Virus record (IMG/VR): IMGVR_UViG_3300032233_003305
Coordinates: 1 to 38,800 of that record
Length of the DNA: 38,800 bases
Direction: 5' to 3' (one strand)
Source of the DNA: a virus
Lineage: Duplodnaviria; Caudoviricetes
Below, piece after piece: positions 27,301-36,210 of this stretch. Below the pieces are notes generated by a model. The model searched no databases. It was not told the origin of the DNA and saw only the letters and a program-made list of their open reading frames with translations. The number at the start of each line of letters is the position of its first letter. Position 1 is the first letter of the stretch. A program made the translations under genes and the position numbers.

Positions 27301-30300
27301 GTTAGATGCTCAGATACTTTAGATTTTAGACCAAGAGTTCCAGTATTTTCTTCAACAACTAAATCACCATTCGATTTTGAGTCTAGAGTTTTTACCAATG
27401 ATCCTAAAATTACTCTATCTCCAAATGAAAGTTCTTTGATTGGATATGATTATTATTTACCAAGAATTGATAAATTATATGTAAATAAATTTGGAATTTT
27501 ATTACTACAAAAAGGTGTTTCTGCAAAATCACCAAAACCTCCCACAAAAAATGACGATGTAATGGAAATTGCAACCATTACTTTACCACCATATCTTTAC
27601 AATCCTTCAGATGCAAAAATAACTCTTGTTGATAACAGAAGATATACTATGCGAGACATTGGTTCAATTGAAAATAGAGTAGGTAATTTGGAAAGAGTTA
27701 CTTCTTTAACATTACTCGAATCTTCAACTGCATCACTTCAAATTCAAGACGCACAAGGAAGGGATAGATTCAAAACTGGATTTTTTGTGGATGATTTTAA
27801 AAATTATAGTTTCGTCAATATGGACATATCCAGAATTCAAGTATCACAATCTGGATCATCTATTGGTGGCAATGAACTAAGACCTATCATAAGTAGAAAT
27901 AGTCTCAAAAGTCAGTTAGCACCTGCAAGAGATTTAATTGATGAAGAATTGGATTTGTCATCCAATTTTGAATTATTGGATTCAAATGTACAAAAAACTG
28001 GTAAGGTTGTAACTTTGAAGTATAATTCTGTTGGGTGGATAGAACAACCTTTTGCAACTACACAAGAAAATGTAAATCCATTTCATATTTTGGAGTATAT
28101 TGGAAGTATAAAACTTACTCCTGAGGAAGATCGTTGGGTTAGAACTGTACAATTGGCAGATAGACAGGTTTCTGTATCAGTAAATCTTAAATTAGATCTT
28201 GGGATTGCCAATTTACAAGATGTTAATACAACAGGAGAATCTACAGGTAGTGGGTCTCGTGTAAGATATGAAACTGAAGTATTTGATCGTAGTAAAGTGG
28301 TAACAAATAGTTCTTCCAGTGCAAGTGCAACTTCGGAAAGAATATTTTTAGGATCTTCTGCAGAACAATATATGAGATCCAGAAATACTGAATTTTCGGT
28401 ATCCGCTTTGAAGGCAAAAACACAATTTTATCATTTTCTTGATGGGAATAGTGCTGTCGATTTTCTACCAAAACTTTTGGAGATAGCAAATGATAGTACA
28501 TTGCAAAATTATGGATCATCAAAGCAATTTGATGTTGGGGAAACTGTAATCGGAACTTACGGTGGACAAGATTTAATTACTTTTAGAGTTGCTTCGGGAG
28601 ATCATAAGTATGGGCAATTTAATTCTCCATCTAAAACATACCAAATAAATCCATATTTTCCAGATGAAAAATTATCTTCTACATATAGTTCTTCATCAAA
28701 AGTTTTAAATATTGATACTTACTCTTTATGTGAAGAAGCACAAGGAAAATATTATGGATATGTAGTAAAGGGTATGAGATTAGTTGGGCAAACAAGTGGA
28801 GCAGTTGCTTATGTAAAGGATCTTAGATTAGTTACTGATAATTATGGAGATTTAATCGGAACATTTTTCTTAAAAGATCCCAATACAGATCCTGCTCCTA
28901 CAGTAAGAATTAATACTGGCAAGAAAACATTCAAATTAAATTCAAGTGCTACCAATGAAGCCCCACTTCCAGGAAATAAGGATCTTTCCAGTGCAGAAGC
29001 ACTTTATAGTTCAGAAGGAACAGTTGAAACTTTTGAAAATGTGATTACTACTACAACAACTAATGTTGAAACTACACAAACTCAAGTATGGAAAGAAAAT
29101 GTAACTCACGCCAGATATTATGATCCTCTAGCGCAGACTTTTGCTGTCGGTGGTAAAATAGAGGCACCTTCTGCTATTAATACAAATGATGATTCAAATG
29201 GTGCATTCGTAACAGCAGTTGATTTGTATTTTGCCACAAAGGATAGTGGAAATAATCCAGTAACAGTTCAAATAAGAACTGTAGAGTTTGGAACACCAAC
29301 AAGAATTGTTCTTGGAACTCCCGCTGTACTAAGACCTGAGGATATTTCAATTTCAGACAATGCAGAAGTTGCAACTCATGTAGTATTTCCAGAACCAATT
29401 TATCTTCCTCCAGGAAAACAATATGCAATTGTAGTTATTGCTGACACTAGTGATAAGTATTACTTATGGACTGCAATAATGAAAAAACCGACAGTTAATA
29501 CAGCATCTTTACCAAATGCTGATCAAGTTACATATAGTAGACAATTTTCTCTTGGTAGATTATATAAATCACAAAATGGTGCAGAATGGACTCCAAGTGA
29601 TGATCAAGATTTGAAATTTAAACTTTATAAGGCAGAATTTACATCAGATACTGGAACAGCATTTTTCTATAATCCAACATTAGATGAAAGTAATGGATAT
29701 GTTCAAAAATTGAATAACAATTCATTAACAACATTGCCAAAAACTGCTACTATCGGCATTACAACTTCATATATTCTTTCTAATATACTAACACCAGGAA
29801 GAAAAGTTGGAGAAAATACAATTACATATCGATATGGGACTATTGTTGGTACTGGAAGTTCAGTTTCTTCTGTAGGACTTACTACTGGTGGAAAAAATTA
29901 TATTACTGATAGTAATGTAGGAACCTTCAATATTACTGGAAAAGGGTCTGGTTTAACTTTAAATATTACGGCATCCAATGGGGTGATTGGAGGAAATCCA
30001 ATTATTGTATCTAGTGGTCATGGATATGCAATTGGAGATGTTGTTGGTATTGTTACATCAACTGTAAGCAACAACTCTGGTACGGACGCAAGAATTACTA
30101 TTACTGGAAATAGTAGTAGTATTGATACTTTATATCTTACCGGTGTTCAAGCAGAAGATTTTACTAAAAATGGAAGTGCAAACTTAGTATACTATAATGA
30201 TTCTGGAACTAGGGTTTCTCTTGCCAATACTTACATAACCAGTTCTTCAGTAACCCCACAAACAAGTCCAACAGATACAAATTCTGGAAATTTCTTAAAA

Positions 30301-31647
30301 GTTGATCATTTTGATCATGGAATGTATTCAAATACAAATCAATTAACTCTCAAAAATGTTCAATCCAGTACTTCTCCAGTTGTATTGACTTCCGAGTTAC
30401 TTGCAGAAAATATAACTTCAATTAGTATTGGTGCTGGTGACACAACAAATTTTGCAACTTTTGAAGGAATTTCAGTAAGTCCAACTAATCCAGGATATGT
30501 AAAAATCAATAATGAAATTGTTAGTTATAGTAATGTTAGTGCCAGCGGTGTTTTAACTATAGTTTCTGGAGGAAGAGGAATTGATTCAACGATTGTTTCT
30601 ACTCATCCAATTAATAGTTTAATGTATAAGTATGAATTAAATGGAATTTCATTAAGAAGAATTAATAAAACCCATGACATCAGTGATCTTGATATTGGAC
30701 TAGATGGTTATTATCTAGAAATTGATACATCAGCAAATGGAAATGGTATAAATCGAAGTACTGATGGATCTTTTACAAGTGCTCCTCAACTTTCATTTGC
30801 AAGTCAACAAACTGCTGGGGGTTCTGGAGTTTTTGCAACAGAAAATATTCAATTTAATGCCTTAGTACCAACTTATGATATTTTAACTCCCGGATCCACA
30901 ACTTTTGTAAATGCAAATATTAGATCTGTAACTGGAACTAGTATAGGTGGAAATGAAACTTCATTCTTGGATGTTGGATTTGAACCAGTACAATTGGGAC
31001 AATTGAATAATTTAAATTCCACAAGAATTGTATGCTCCAAAGTAAATGAATCTATAAAATTAACAAATTTACCAAGAAATAAATCATTCACTACAGGAAT
31101 AACATTTTCTACAAAAGATAAAAATTTATCTCCAGTATTATTTACTGATATTGCATTTACAGAATTTTATAGTAATAGAATTGATAGTCCAATTTCAGAT
31201 TATGCCTCTGATGAACGAGTTAATTCTATATCCTATGATCCTCATGTTGCAGCATATGTTTCAAAAACAATTTCATTGAGTAATCCAGCAAAATGCCTAA
31301 AAGTTATTTTATCTGCATATCGTCACAAATCTTCAGATTTTAGAGTTCTTTATAGTTTAGATAGAGCAGATTCTAGTGAAATCTCCCAATCATTTGAACT
31401 TTTTCCAGGATATGATAATCTTAGGTATAATGATAATAATCAATATATTTCTATAGATTCATCCAAAAATAATGGAAGACCAGATATTAATGTACCTTCA
31501 AGTTTAAATGAGGAATTTAGAGAATATGAATTTACCGCAGATAATCTTGATTTATTCATTGGATATAGAATTAAAATTGTGATGTCGGGAACAAATCAAG
31601 CTTATGTTCCCAGAATTAAACAACTTAGAACACTGGCAGTAAGATGA
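24319..31647 (+). CDS. VrlC-like large virion structural protein (2442 aa)
   Basis: PYYDDF..VLFNPGRPVQARELTTFQSILQNQI, APGADR, RTYDESGDY, RRYTMRDIG, GFFVDDF, DPLAQTF. Confidence 0.85.
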   Translation: MAQKTNLNVSPYYDDFNSEKNYYKVLFNPGRPVQARELTTFQSILQNQIESFGSHMFKEGSMVIPGNIGYDGQYYSVKLNPTSFGIDVSVYINSFVGKKITGQSSGTTAIIQYVALPDENNVTDLTIYVKYLDSDNNFKFNAFEDGESLSANETIVYGNTTINSGTPFASLISTNATSIGSAVSIANGVYFVRGYFANVESDTLILDHYTNTPSYRVGLKIDELIITSKDDSSLHDNAKGFTNYAAPGADRFKINLSLTKKLLTDTNDTDFIELLRVQDGKIKKIETQTQYSLIKDYFAQRTYDESGDYSVNPFIPSVHNSLNNRLGNNGIFFSNEKTDQGNTPSDDLLCVKISPGKCYVKGYDVTTTGTTILDVDKPRDKEIITTANIPFEMGNLLRVNNLSGNPKFNRTIDLYDLRKNSISSPNGTKIGDARVYTLNLTDATYSNASTKWDLYLYDIQTYTKITLNSSVSSSEVKKTSFIKGKSSGASGYATADGSGSETIYLRQTSGSFSVGEQIQLDGVDFPRTIKSVQTYSTDDIKSVYQSTLTSGYTRAFIADSYLEKFPLPNGVISVNIDGSTGNTTANGSVFTGIKVGSIVRYQESGSGITSETFNRVTSVSSDGLSITLGITTGVSNVCEGSLPSTGQYNVSIGAPTIRNNSSGFLYAELPDKNIASVNLSGSNLSISSQIVKNVSSSSLTFTTSDFGMTNLFFQAFDEERYSLHYDSGAVEPLTPDKFILSQDLTTATLTNLTSSGDAVVNASLIKNGITSKKKEYSRSRTVNITLSKYPQSGSNVSSTINDGLTYNRFYGLRVQDEQICLNYPDVAKVLAIYESFDTSSPTLDQIEFSASANVSSNAIIGENILGNSSKAVARIVTKPSTNILGVVYLNENKFSAGESVSFEESNITTDIVSITEGKYKNLTTSYKLDKGQKEQYYDYSRIIRNDNNIEPSKQLLVVFDHYTVPTSDSGDVFTVLSYDEQRFSTDVPFIGSKGVRCSDTLDFRPRVPVFSSTTKSPFDFESRVFTNDPKITLSPNESSLIGYDYYLPRIDKLYVNKFGILLLQKGVSAKSPKPPTKNDDVMEIATITLPPYLYNPSDAKITLVDNRRYTMRDIGSIENRVGNLERVTSLTLLESSTASLQIQDAQGRDRFKTGFFVDDFKNYSFVNMDISRIQVSQSGSSIGGNELRPIISRNSLKSQLAPARDLIDEELDLSSNFELLDSNVQKTGKVVTLKYNSVGWIEQPFATTQENVNPFHILEYIGSIKLTPEEDRWVRTVQLADRQVSVSVNLKLDLGIANLQDVNTTGESTGSGSRVRYETEVFDRSKVVTNSSSSASATSERIFLGSSAEQYMRSRNTEFSVSALKAKTQFYHFLDGNSAVDFLPKLLEIANDSTLQNYGSSKQFDVGETVIGTYGGQDLITFRVASGDHKYGQFNSPSKTYQINPYFPDEKLSSTYSSSSKVLNIDTYSLCEEAQGKYYGYVVKGMRLVGQTSGAVAYVKDLRLVTDNYGDLIGTFFLKDPNTDPAPTVRINTGKKTFKLNSSATNEAPLPGNKDLSSAEALYSSEGTVETFENVITTTTTNVETTQTQVWKENVTHARYYDPLAQTFAVGGKIEAPSAINTNDDSNGAFVTAVDLYFATKDSGNNPVTVQIRTVEFGTPTRIVLGTPAVLRPEDISISDNAEVATHVVFPEPIYLPPGKQYAIVVIADTSDKYYLWTAIMKKPTVNTASLPNADQVTYSRQFSLGRLYKSQNGAEWTPSDDQDLKFKLYKAEFTSDTGTAFFYNPTLDESNGYVQKLNNNSLTTLPKTATIGITTSYILSNILTPGRKVGENTITYRYGTIVGTGSSVSSVGLTTGGKNYITDSNVGTFNITGKGSGLTLNITASNGVIGGNPIIVSSGHGYAIGDVVGIVTSTVSNNSGTDARITITGNSSSIDTLYLTGVQAEDFTKNGSANLVYYNDSGTRVSLANTYITSSSVTPQTSPTDTNSGNFLKVDHFDHGMYSNTNQLTLKNVQSSTSPVVLTSELLAENITSISIGAGDTTNFATFEGISVSPTNPGYVKINNEIVSYSNVSASGVLTIVSGGRGIDSTIVSTHPINSLMYKYELNGISLRRINKTHDISDLDIGLDGYYLEIDTSANGNGINRSTDGSFTSAPQLSFASQQTAGGSGVFATENIQFNALVPTYDILTPGSTTFVNANIRSVTGTSIGGNETSFLDVGFEPVQLGQLNNLNSTRIVCSKVNESIKLTNLPRNKSFTTGITFSTKDKNLSPVLFTDIAFTEFYSNRIDSPISDYASDERVNSISYDPHVAAYVSKTISLSNPAKCLKVILSAYRHKSSDFRVLYSLDRADSSEISQSFELFPGYDNLRYNDNNQYISIDSSKNNGRPDINVPSSLNEEFREYEFTADNLDLFIGYRIKIVMSGTNQAYVPRIKQLRTLAVR

Positions 31648-31850
31648 TAAAAGTTGAAGGATATCCCAGTTTATATCGGGATGAACAAACTGGCGCTATT
31701 ATTAATCAAGATACAATAGCATATAATAATTATGTAAATTCTCTTCGTAAAAGAGATTCTCAAGAGAGAGAAATTGATAAAATAAAAAATGATATAAATG
31801 AGATAAAATCTTTATTAAAACAATTGCTTGAAAAAAATGGATCCATCTAA
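31644..31850 (+). CDS. Small coiled-coil protein (68 aa)
   Basis: IKVEG..LYRD..TGAIIN; ATGA overlap with the upstream gene. Confidence 0.8.
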   Translation: MIKVEGYPSLYRDEQTGAIINQDTIAYNNYVNSLRKRDSQEREIDKIKNDINEIKSLLKQLLEKNGSI

Positions 31851-32013
31851 GATAGAACTTAGTTCAATATCAAAACTTTTTGAATATGAAAAAATTTCAA
31901 GAGAAATAGAAAATTGTGAAGATGTTGAAGTTTTAAAAAATATTTCTAAATCTTATGTAAAACTTTATTTTGCTCAACAAGAATGCTTATTGAGTTTGAA
32001 TATTAACACATAA
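31837..32013 (+). CDS. Small hypothetical protein (58 aa)
   Basis: ATG 31837 (MDPSKIEL..KLFEYEKISREIE). Confidence 0.75.
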   Translation: MDPSKIELSSISKLFEYEKISREIENCEDVEVLKNISKSYVKLYFAQQECLLSLNINT

Positions 32014-32021
32014 TATAAATA
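32014..32021 (+). promoter_or_regulatory. T4-type late promoter
   Basis: TATAAATA. Confidence 0.75.
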
Positions 32022-32045
32022 AAAAAGAGATCTGGTATTGTATAA

Positions 32046-32390
32046 ATGGCTGCAGTATATGTTAGCAATCTAGTTATTAATGCTGGAGCAGATTTTATTC
32101 AAGTTTTTACCTTAGAAAGTATCTCTACAAATTCAGTTTTGGATTTGTCTACTTATACGATTACCTCACAAATGCGAAAGCATTCTGCTAGTTCATCTTC
32201 AATTAACTTTACTTCTACAATAGTAAATCCATCTGAAGGTACTATAAGAATTGGATTGACTAGTACAACTACAAAAAGTATAAAACCAGGAAGATATATT
32301 TATGATGTTAATGCATATAATTCTTCTGATGGAACTACATCTAGAGTAATTGAAGGAATGGTTTTAGTGAGGGAAGGAGTAACTAGATAA
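32046..32390 (+). CDS. Beta-rich (Ig/BppU-N-like) virion protein
   Basis: INAGADF..QMRK..GRYIYDV..RVIEG..GVTR. Confidence 0.65.
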   Translation: MAAVYVSNLVINAGADFIQVFTLESISTNSVLDLSTYTITSQMRKHSASSSSINFTSTIVNPSEGTIRIGLTSTTTKSIKPGRYIYDVNAYNSSDGTTSRVIEGMVLVREGVTR

Positions 32391-32722
32391 TGGCAGATAT
32401 AAGAGTAAGAGTTGGACAACCAGATTTACATGTAAATGTAGGGCAACAAGATGCTATAAAAGTATTGGCATCCAATACTGCTATCGTTGGTGGAATTTCA
32501 ACATCCGCTCTTAAGGCAGATTTTGCTACTACTGCAGGTATTGCAACTTTTGCAACAAAATCTGGCATAGCAACATCGGTAATTGGTGGTATATCTTCAG
32601 TTACTCAACTTTATGTAAGTGGCATATCAACTTTTGTTGGTGTATCCACATTTGTTGGTGATGTATATTTCAGTGGCAATATTGTTGGAAATTTAACTAC
32701 GATAGATGGGGGATCATTCTGA
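32390..32722 (+). CDS. Short fibre-like protein
   Basis: GIAT and GISTFVG repeats, IDGGSF end. Confidence 0.6.
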   Translation: MADIRVRVGQPDLHVNVGQQDAIKVLASNTAIVGGISTSALKADFATTAGIATFATKSGIATSVIGGISSVTQLYVSGISTFVGVSTFVGDVYFSGNIVGNLTTIDGGSF

Positions 32723-33564
32723 TGGCAAAACCAGCAAGCAGACAACAATTGATAGATTACTGCCTAAGGCGCCTGGGTGCTCCTGTATTGGAAATAAATG
32801 TGGATGAGGATCAAATAGATGATTTAGTTGACGATGCCCTTCAGTACTTCCATGAGAGGCACTTTGATGGTGTTGAGAGAATGTATTTAAAATATAAAAT
32901 AACTCAAGCAGATTTAGATAGGGGTCAGGGTAAAGGTACTAATGGAGTTGGAATTGTAACCACTACAGGATCTGCAAATATTAGTGGAATTGGTACTACA
33001 ACTTTTAATTTTTATGAGACTTCTAATTTTATTCAAATTCCAGATTCAATAATTGGAATTGAAAAAATATATAAATTTGATACTAGCGACATTTCTGGAG
33101 GAATGTTTAGTATTAAATATCAGTTATTTTTAAATGATCTATATTATTTCAATTCTGTTGAACTTCTACAATACGCCATGGTTAAATCGTATTTGGAAGA
33201 TATTGATTTTCTATTAAAAACTGATAAGCAGATACGATTTAATAAAAGACAAAATAGAATGTATTTGGACATTGATTGGGGAGCACAAAAGGCAGGTACA
33301 TTTTTTGTAATTGATTGTTATAGAATTTTAGATCCAAATGATTTTACTAAAGTTTATAATGATAGTTTTCTCAAAAAATATCTTACAGCACTAATTAAAA
33401 GGCAATGGGGACAAAATCTCATTAAATTTAGAGGTGTCAAATTGCCAGGTGGTATTGAATTAAATGGTAGGGAAATATATGATGATGCAGAAAGAGAGAT
33501 ATCAGCAATAACAGAAAGAATGTCAATGGACTACGAACTTCCACCTTACGATTTTATTGGATAA
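32722..33564 (+). CDS. gp13: Neck protein gp13
   Basis: YCLRRLGAPVLEINV, KRQWGQNLIKF, LPGGIELNG. Confidence 0.95.
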   Translation: MAKPASRQQLIDYCLRRLGAPVLEINVDEDQIDDLVDDALQYFHERHFDGVERMYLKYKITQADLDRGQGKGTNGVGIVTTTGSANISGIGTTTFNFYETSNFIQIPDSIIGIEKIYKFDTSDISGGMFSIKYQLFLNDLYYFNSVELLQYAMVKSYLEDIDFLLKTDKQIRFNKRQNRMYLDIDWGAQKAGTFFVIDCYRILDPNDFTKVYNDSFLKKYLTALIKRQWGQNLIKFRGVKLPGGIELNGREIYDDAEREISAITERMSMDYELPPYDFIG

Positions 33565-34964
33565 TGGCACTCAATCCCTTTTTCTTACAAGGATCTCCAG
33601 GAGAACAAAGACTCGTTCAAGAGTTGATTAATGAGCAATTGAAGATTTATGGTGTCGAAGTATTATACATTCCTAGAAAATTTGTAAGACAAGAAACTAT
33701 CATAAGAGAAGTTACTTCTTCAAGATTTGATGATAACTTTGCTCTAGAGGCATATGTAAGTAATTATGATGGATATGCAGGATCTGGAGATATTTTAACT
33801 AAGTTTGGAATGAGTCTAAAAGATGAATTAACGATTATCATTTCAAGAGAAAGATTTGAAGATTTTATAGCACCATTTTTAGATAGTATGGATAATGATG
33901 AAATTATATTATCTACAAGACCAAGAGAAGGGGATATTATATATTTTCCATTAGGTAAAAGATTATTTGAGGTTAAATTTGTTGAACATGAGCAACCATT
34001 CTACCAATTAGGAAAAACTTATGTTTATGAATTAAGATGTGAACTCTTCGAATATGAGGATGAGATAGGAGGGTTTAGTGATGTAAATTCTGTTGTAGAA
34101 GAAATAGATGGAACTTTACAGAATCAAGGGTATATTACATCACTCCAACTGTTTGCAAGTAATCAAACAGCAACTGCAGATTCGATTGGAATTTCTTCTG
34201 GATATGTTAGAAGAGTTATTTTAAATAATGATGGTTATGGATACACACAAACTCCAACCATTTCATTTACACCTGCACCTGCTGGTGGACAAAATGCAAC
34301 TGCAATCGCAATTACTACCTGTAAGGGAGGTGTTTGTTCCATTAAAGAAATACTATTAACTAGCTCTGGATCTGGTTATACTGTAGCACCAACAGTTTCA
34401 ATTATTGGTATTGGATCTGGATCTGAAGCAATATGTGAAATAATTACTCAACCATATGGACTAAGGTCTGTAGGAGTTACTACTGCTGGTTCTGGTTATG
34501 TAAATTCTCCAGTTGTTATCAGTAGTTCTCCAACTTCACTAAGTGGTATTATAACAGCTAAAGTTAGAGCATTTGTTGGAAATGGTGGTGACATAGACTT
34601 TTTTGCTATTGAAGATGCAGGAAAAGGATATGAAGGCACACCTACTATTACTATAGCACCACCACCATTGGTAACTGGAATTGGTACATATGCATTCAAT
34701 GAGATTGTAACTGGATCTATTTCTGGCACTACAGCAAGAGTTAAATCCTGGTATAAAAATTCTTCTGTTCTTGAAGTTGGAGTTATTGATGGAGCATTTA
34801 TTGCTGGAGAAGCAATCGTTGGATCTGCATCATCAGCAAGATATACACTTAAAAATACTTCTAAAAGTCAATCTGCAGATAAATATGAACAAAATGATGA
34901 AATTGAAAATGAGGCAGATCTCATTGTAGATTTTTCAGAATCAAATCCATTCGGTAACTATTAA
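33564..34964 (+). CDS. gp14: Neck protein gp14 with insertion
   Basis: YIPR, KFG, RPREGDIIYFP, PFYQLGK..YELRCELFEY, NPFG. Confidence 0.92.
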   Translation: MALNPFFLQGSPGEQRLVQELINEQLKIYGVEVLYIPRKFVRQETIIREVTSSRFDDNFALEAYVSNYDGYAGSGDILTKFGMSLKDELTIIISRERFEDFIAPFLDSMDNDEIILSTRPREGDIIYFPLGKRLFEVKFVEHEQPFYQLGKTYVYELRCELFEYEDEIGGFSDVNSVVEEIDGTLQNQGYITSLQLFASNQTATADSIGISSGYVRRVILNNDGYGYTQTPTISFTPAPAGGQNATAIAITTCKGGVCSIKEILLTSSGSGYTVAPTVSIIGIGSGSEAICEIITQPYGLRSVGVTTAGSGYVNSPVVISSSPTSLSGIITAKVRAFVGNGGDIDFFAIEDAGKGYEGTPTITIAPPPLVTGIGTYAFNEIVTGSISGTTARVKSWYKNSSVLEVGVIDGAFIAGEAIVGSASSARYTLKNTSKSQSADKYEQNDEIENEADLIVDFSESNPFGNY

Positions 34965-35761
34965 TGTTAGGAACTTACTATTATCATCAGATTATAAGAA
35001 AAACAATCATTGCGTTCGGTACAGTTTTTAATCAAATTTATATTAAACACCAAGATGCTAATGATAACATTTATAGTGAACTACGAGTACCATTGGCATA
35101 TGGTCCAACACAAAAATTTCTTGCGCGTTTAACTCAACAAGCAGATTTAAACAAACCGGTACAAATTACTTTGCCCAGAATGTCATTTGAGATGACTTCT
35201 ATAAGATATGATTCTTCAAGAAAGGCAAGTGTAACTCAATCTTTTAAGGCATCTGATGGGCAAAATTTAAAAAAAGTTTATATGCCTGTTCCATACAACA
35301 TCGGATTTCAACTTAATATTATGTGTAAATTGAATGATGATGTATTACAAATCATAGAACAAATTCTTCCTTATTTTCAACCAGCATTTACATTGACAGT
35401 AGACCTTGTAGATTCAATTGGAGAAAAAAGAGACATTCCCCTAAATTTGGATGATATCTCATTTAAAGATGATTATGAGGGAGATTTTTCTGAAAGAAGG
35501 TCTTTAATTTACACTTTAAATTTCACTGCAAAAACATATCTATTTGGACCCATTTCCAATACTACGGATGGACTTATTCGTAAGGTACAAGTTGATACAT
35601 ATACTAGTACAGATACAGTAAATGCGAAGAGAGAAATGAGATATACCGTTGTTCCAGAACCTATTGATGCAGGTCCAGATGATGATTTTGGATTCAATGA
35701 AAATTGGGAGTTCTTTAACGATTCCAAGTCTTATAGTCCAAATCAACAAACAGATATTTAA
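34964..35761 (+). CDS. gp15: Tail sheath stabilizer gp15
   Basis: FGTVFN, VPLAYGP, TLPRMSFE, PVPYN, QIIEQILPYFQP. Confidence 0.95.
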   Translation: MLGTYYYHQIIRKTIIAFGTVFNQIYIKHQDANDNIYSELRVPLAYGPTQKFLARLTQQADLNKPVQITLPRMSFEMTSIRYDSSRKASVTQSFKASDGQNLKKVYMPVPYNIGFQLNIMCKLNDDVLQIIEQILPYFQPAFTLTVDLVDSIGEKRDIPLNLDDISFKDDYEGDFSERRSLIYTLNFTAKTYLFGPISNTTDGLIRKVQVDTYTSTDTVNAKREMRYTVVPEPIDAGPDDDFGFNENWEFFNDSKSYSPNQQTDI

Positions 35762-35773
35762 TGGTCAATTAAT

Positions 35774-36202
35774 ATGGTAAATGATTTTGAGTCTATTGAT
35801 AAAGCACTGAATACTGAAAGTAATATTGTCGAAGTTGAATCGAAAACAACAGATATTAAAGTAATAAAAACAACACCTGATGATGTTCAAAAGGATTATG
35901 AGTACAGTAGAGCACAATTGTACTCACTTATTGAAAAGGGACAAGAAACTTTAAATGGAATTATGGAACTGGCAGCAGAAACTGCCAGTCCAAGAGCATA
36001 TGAGGTTGCTGGTCAAATTTTAAAAAGTGTTGGAGATACTGCAGATAAATTAATTGATCTTCAAAAGAAAATGAGGGGAATTGAAGATGATAATGCTAAA
36101 ACTACTAACAATGTCACAAATAATGCTGTATTTGTTGGTTCAACTTCAGAATTACAAAAATTACTCAAACAAGGTTTTCTAAATAATAAAGATAAACCTT
36201 AA
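35774..36202 (+). CDS. gp16: Terminase small subunit gp16
   Basis: DYEYSRAQL, PRAYEV, VFVGSTSELQK. Confidence 0.92.
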   Translation: MVNDFESIDKALNTESNIVEVESKTTDIKVIKTTPDDVQKDYEYSRAQLYSLIEKGQETLNGIMELAAETASPRAYEVAGQILKSVGDTADKLIDLQKKMRGIEDDNAKTTNNVTNNAVFVGSTSELQKLLKQGFLNNKDKP

Positions 36203-36210
36203 ATATATAA

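Noticed and set aside
8667-36202. Introns, inteins or frameshifts in structural genes
   Set aside because: Frames are continuous and tightly packed; no intein or homing-endonuclease motifs were recognised by eye.
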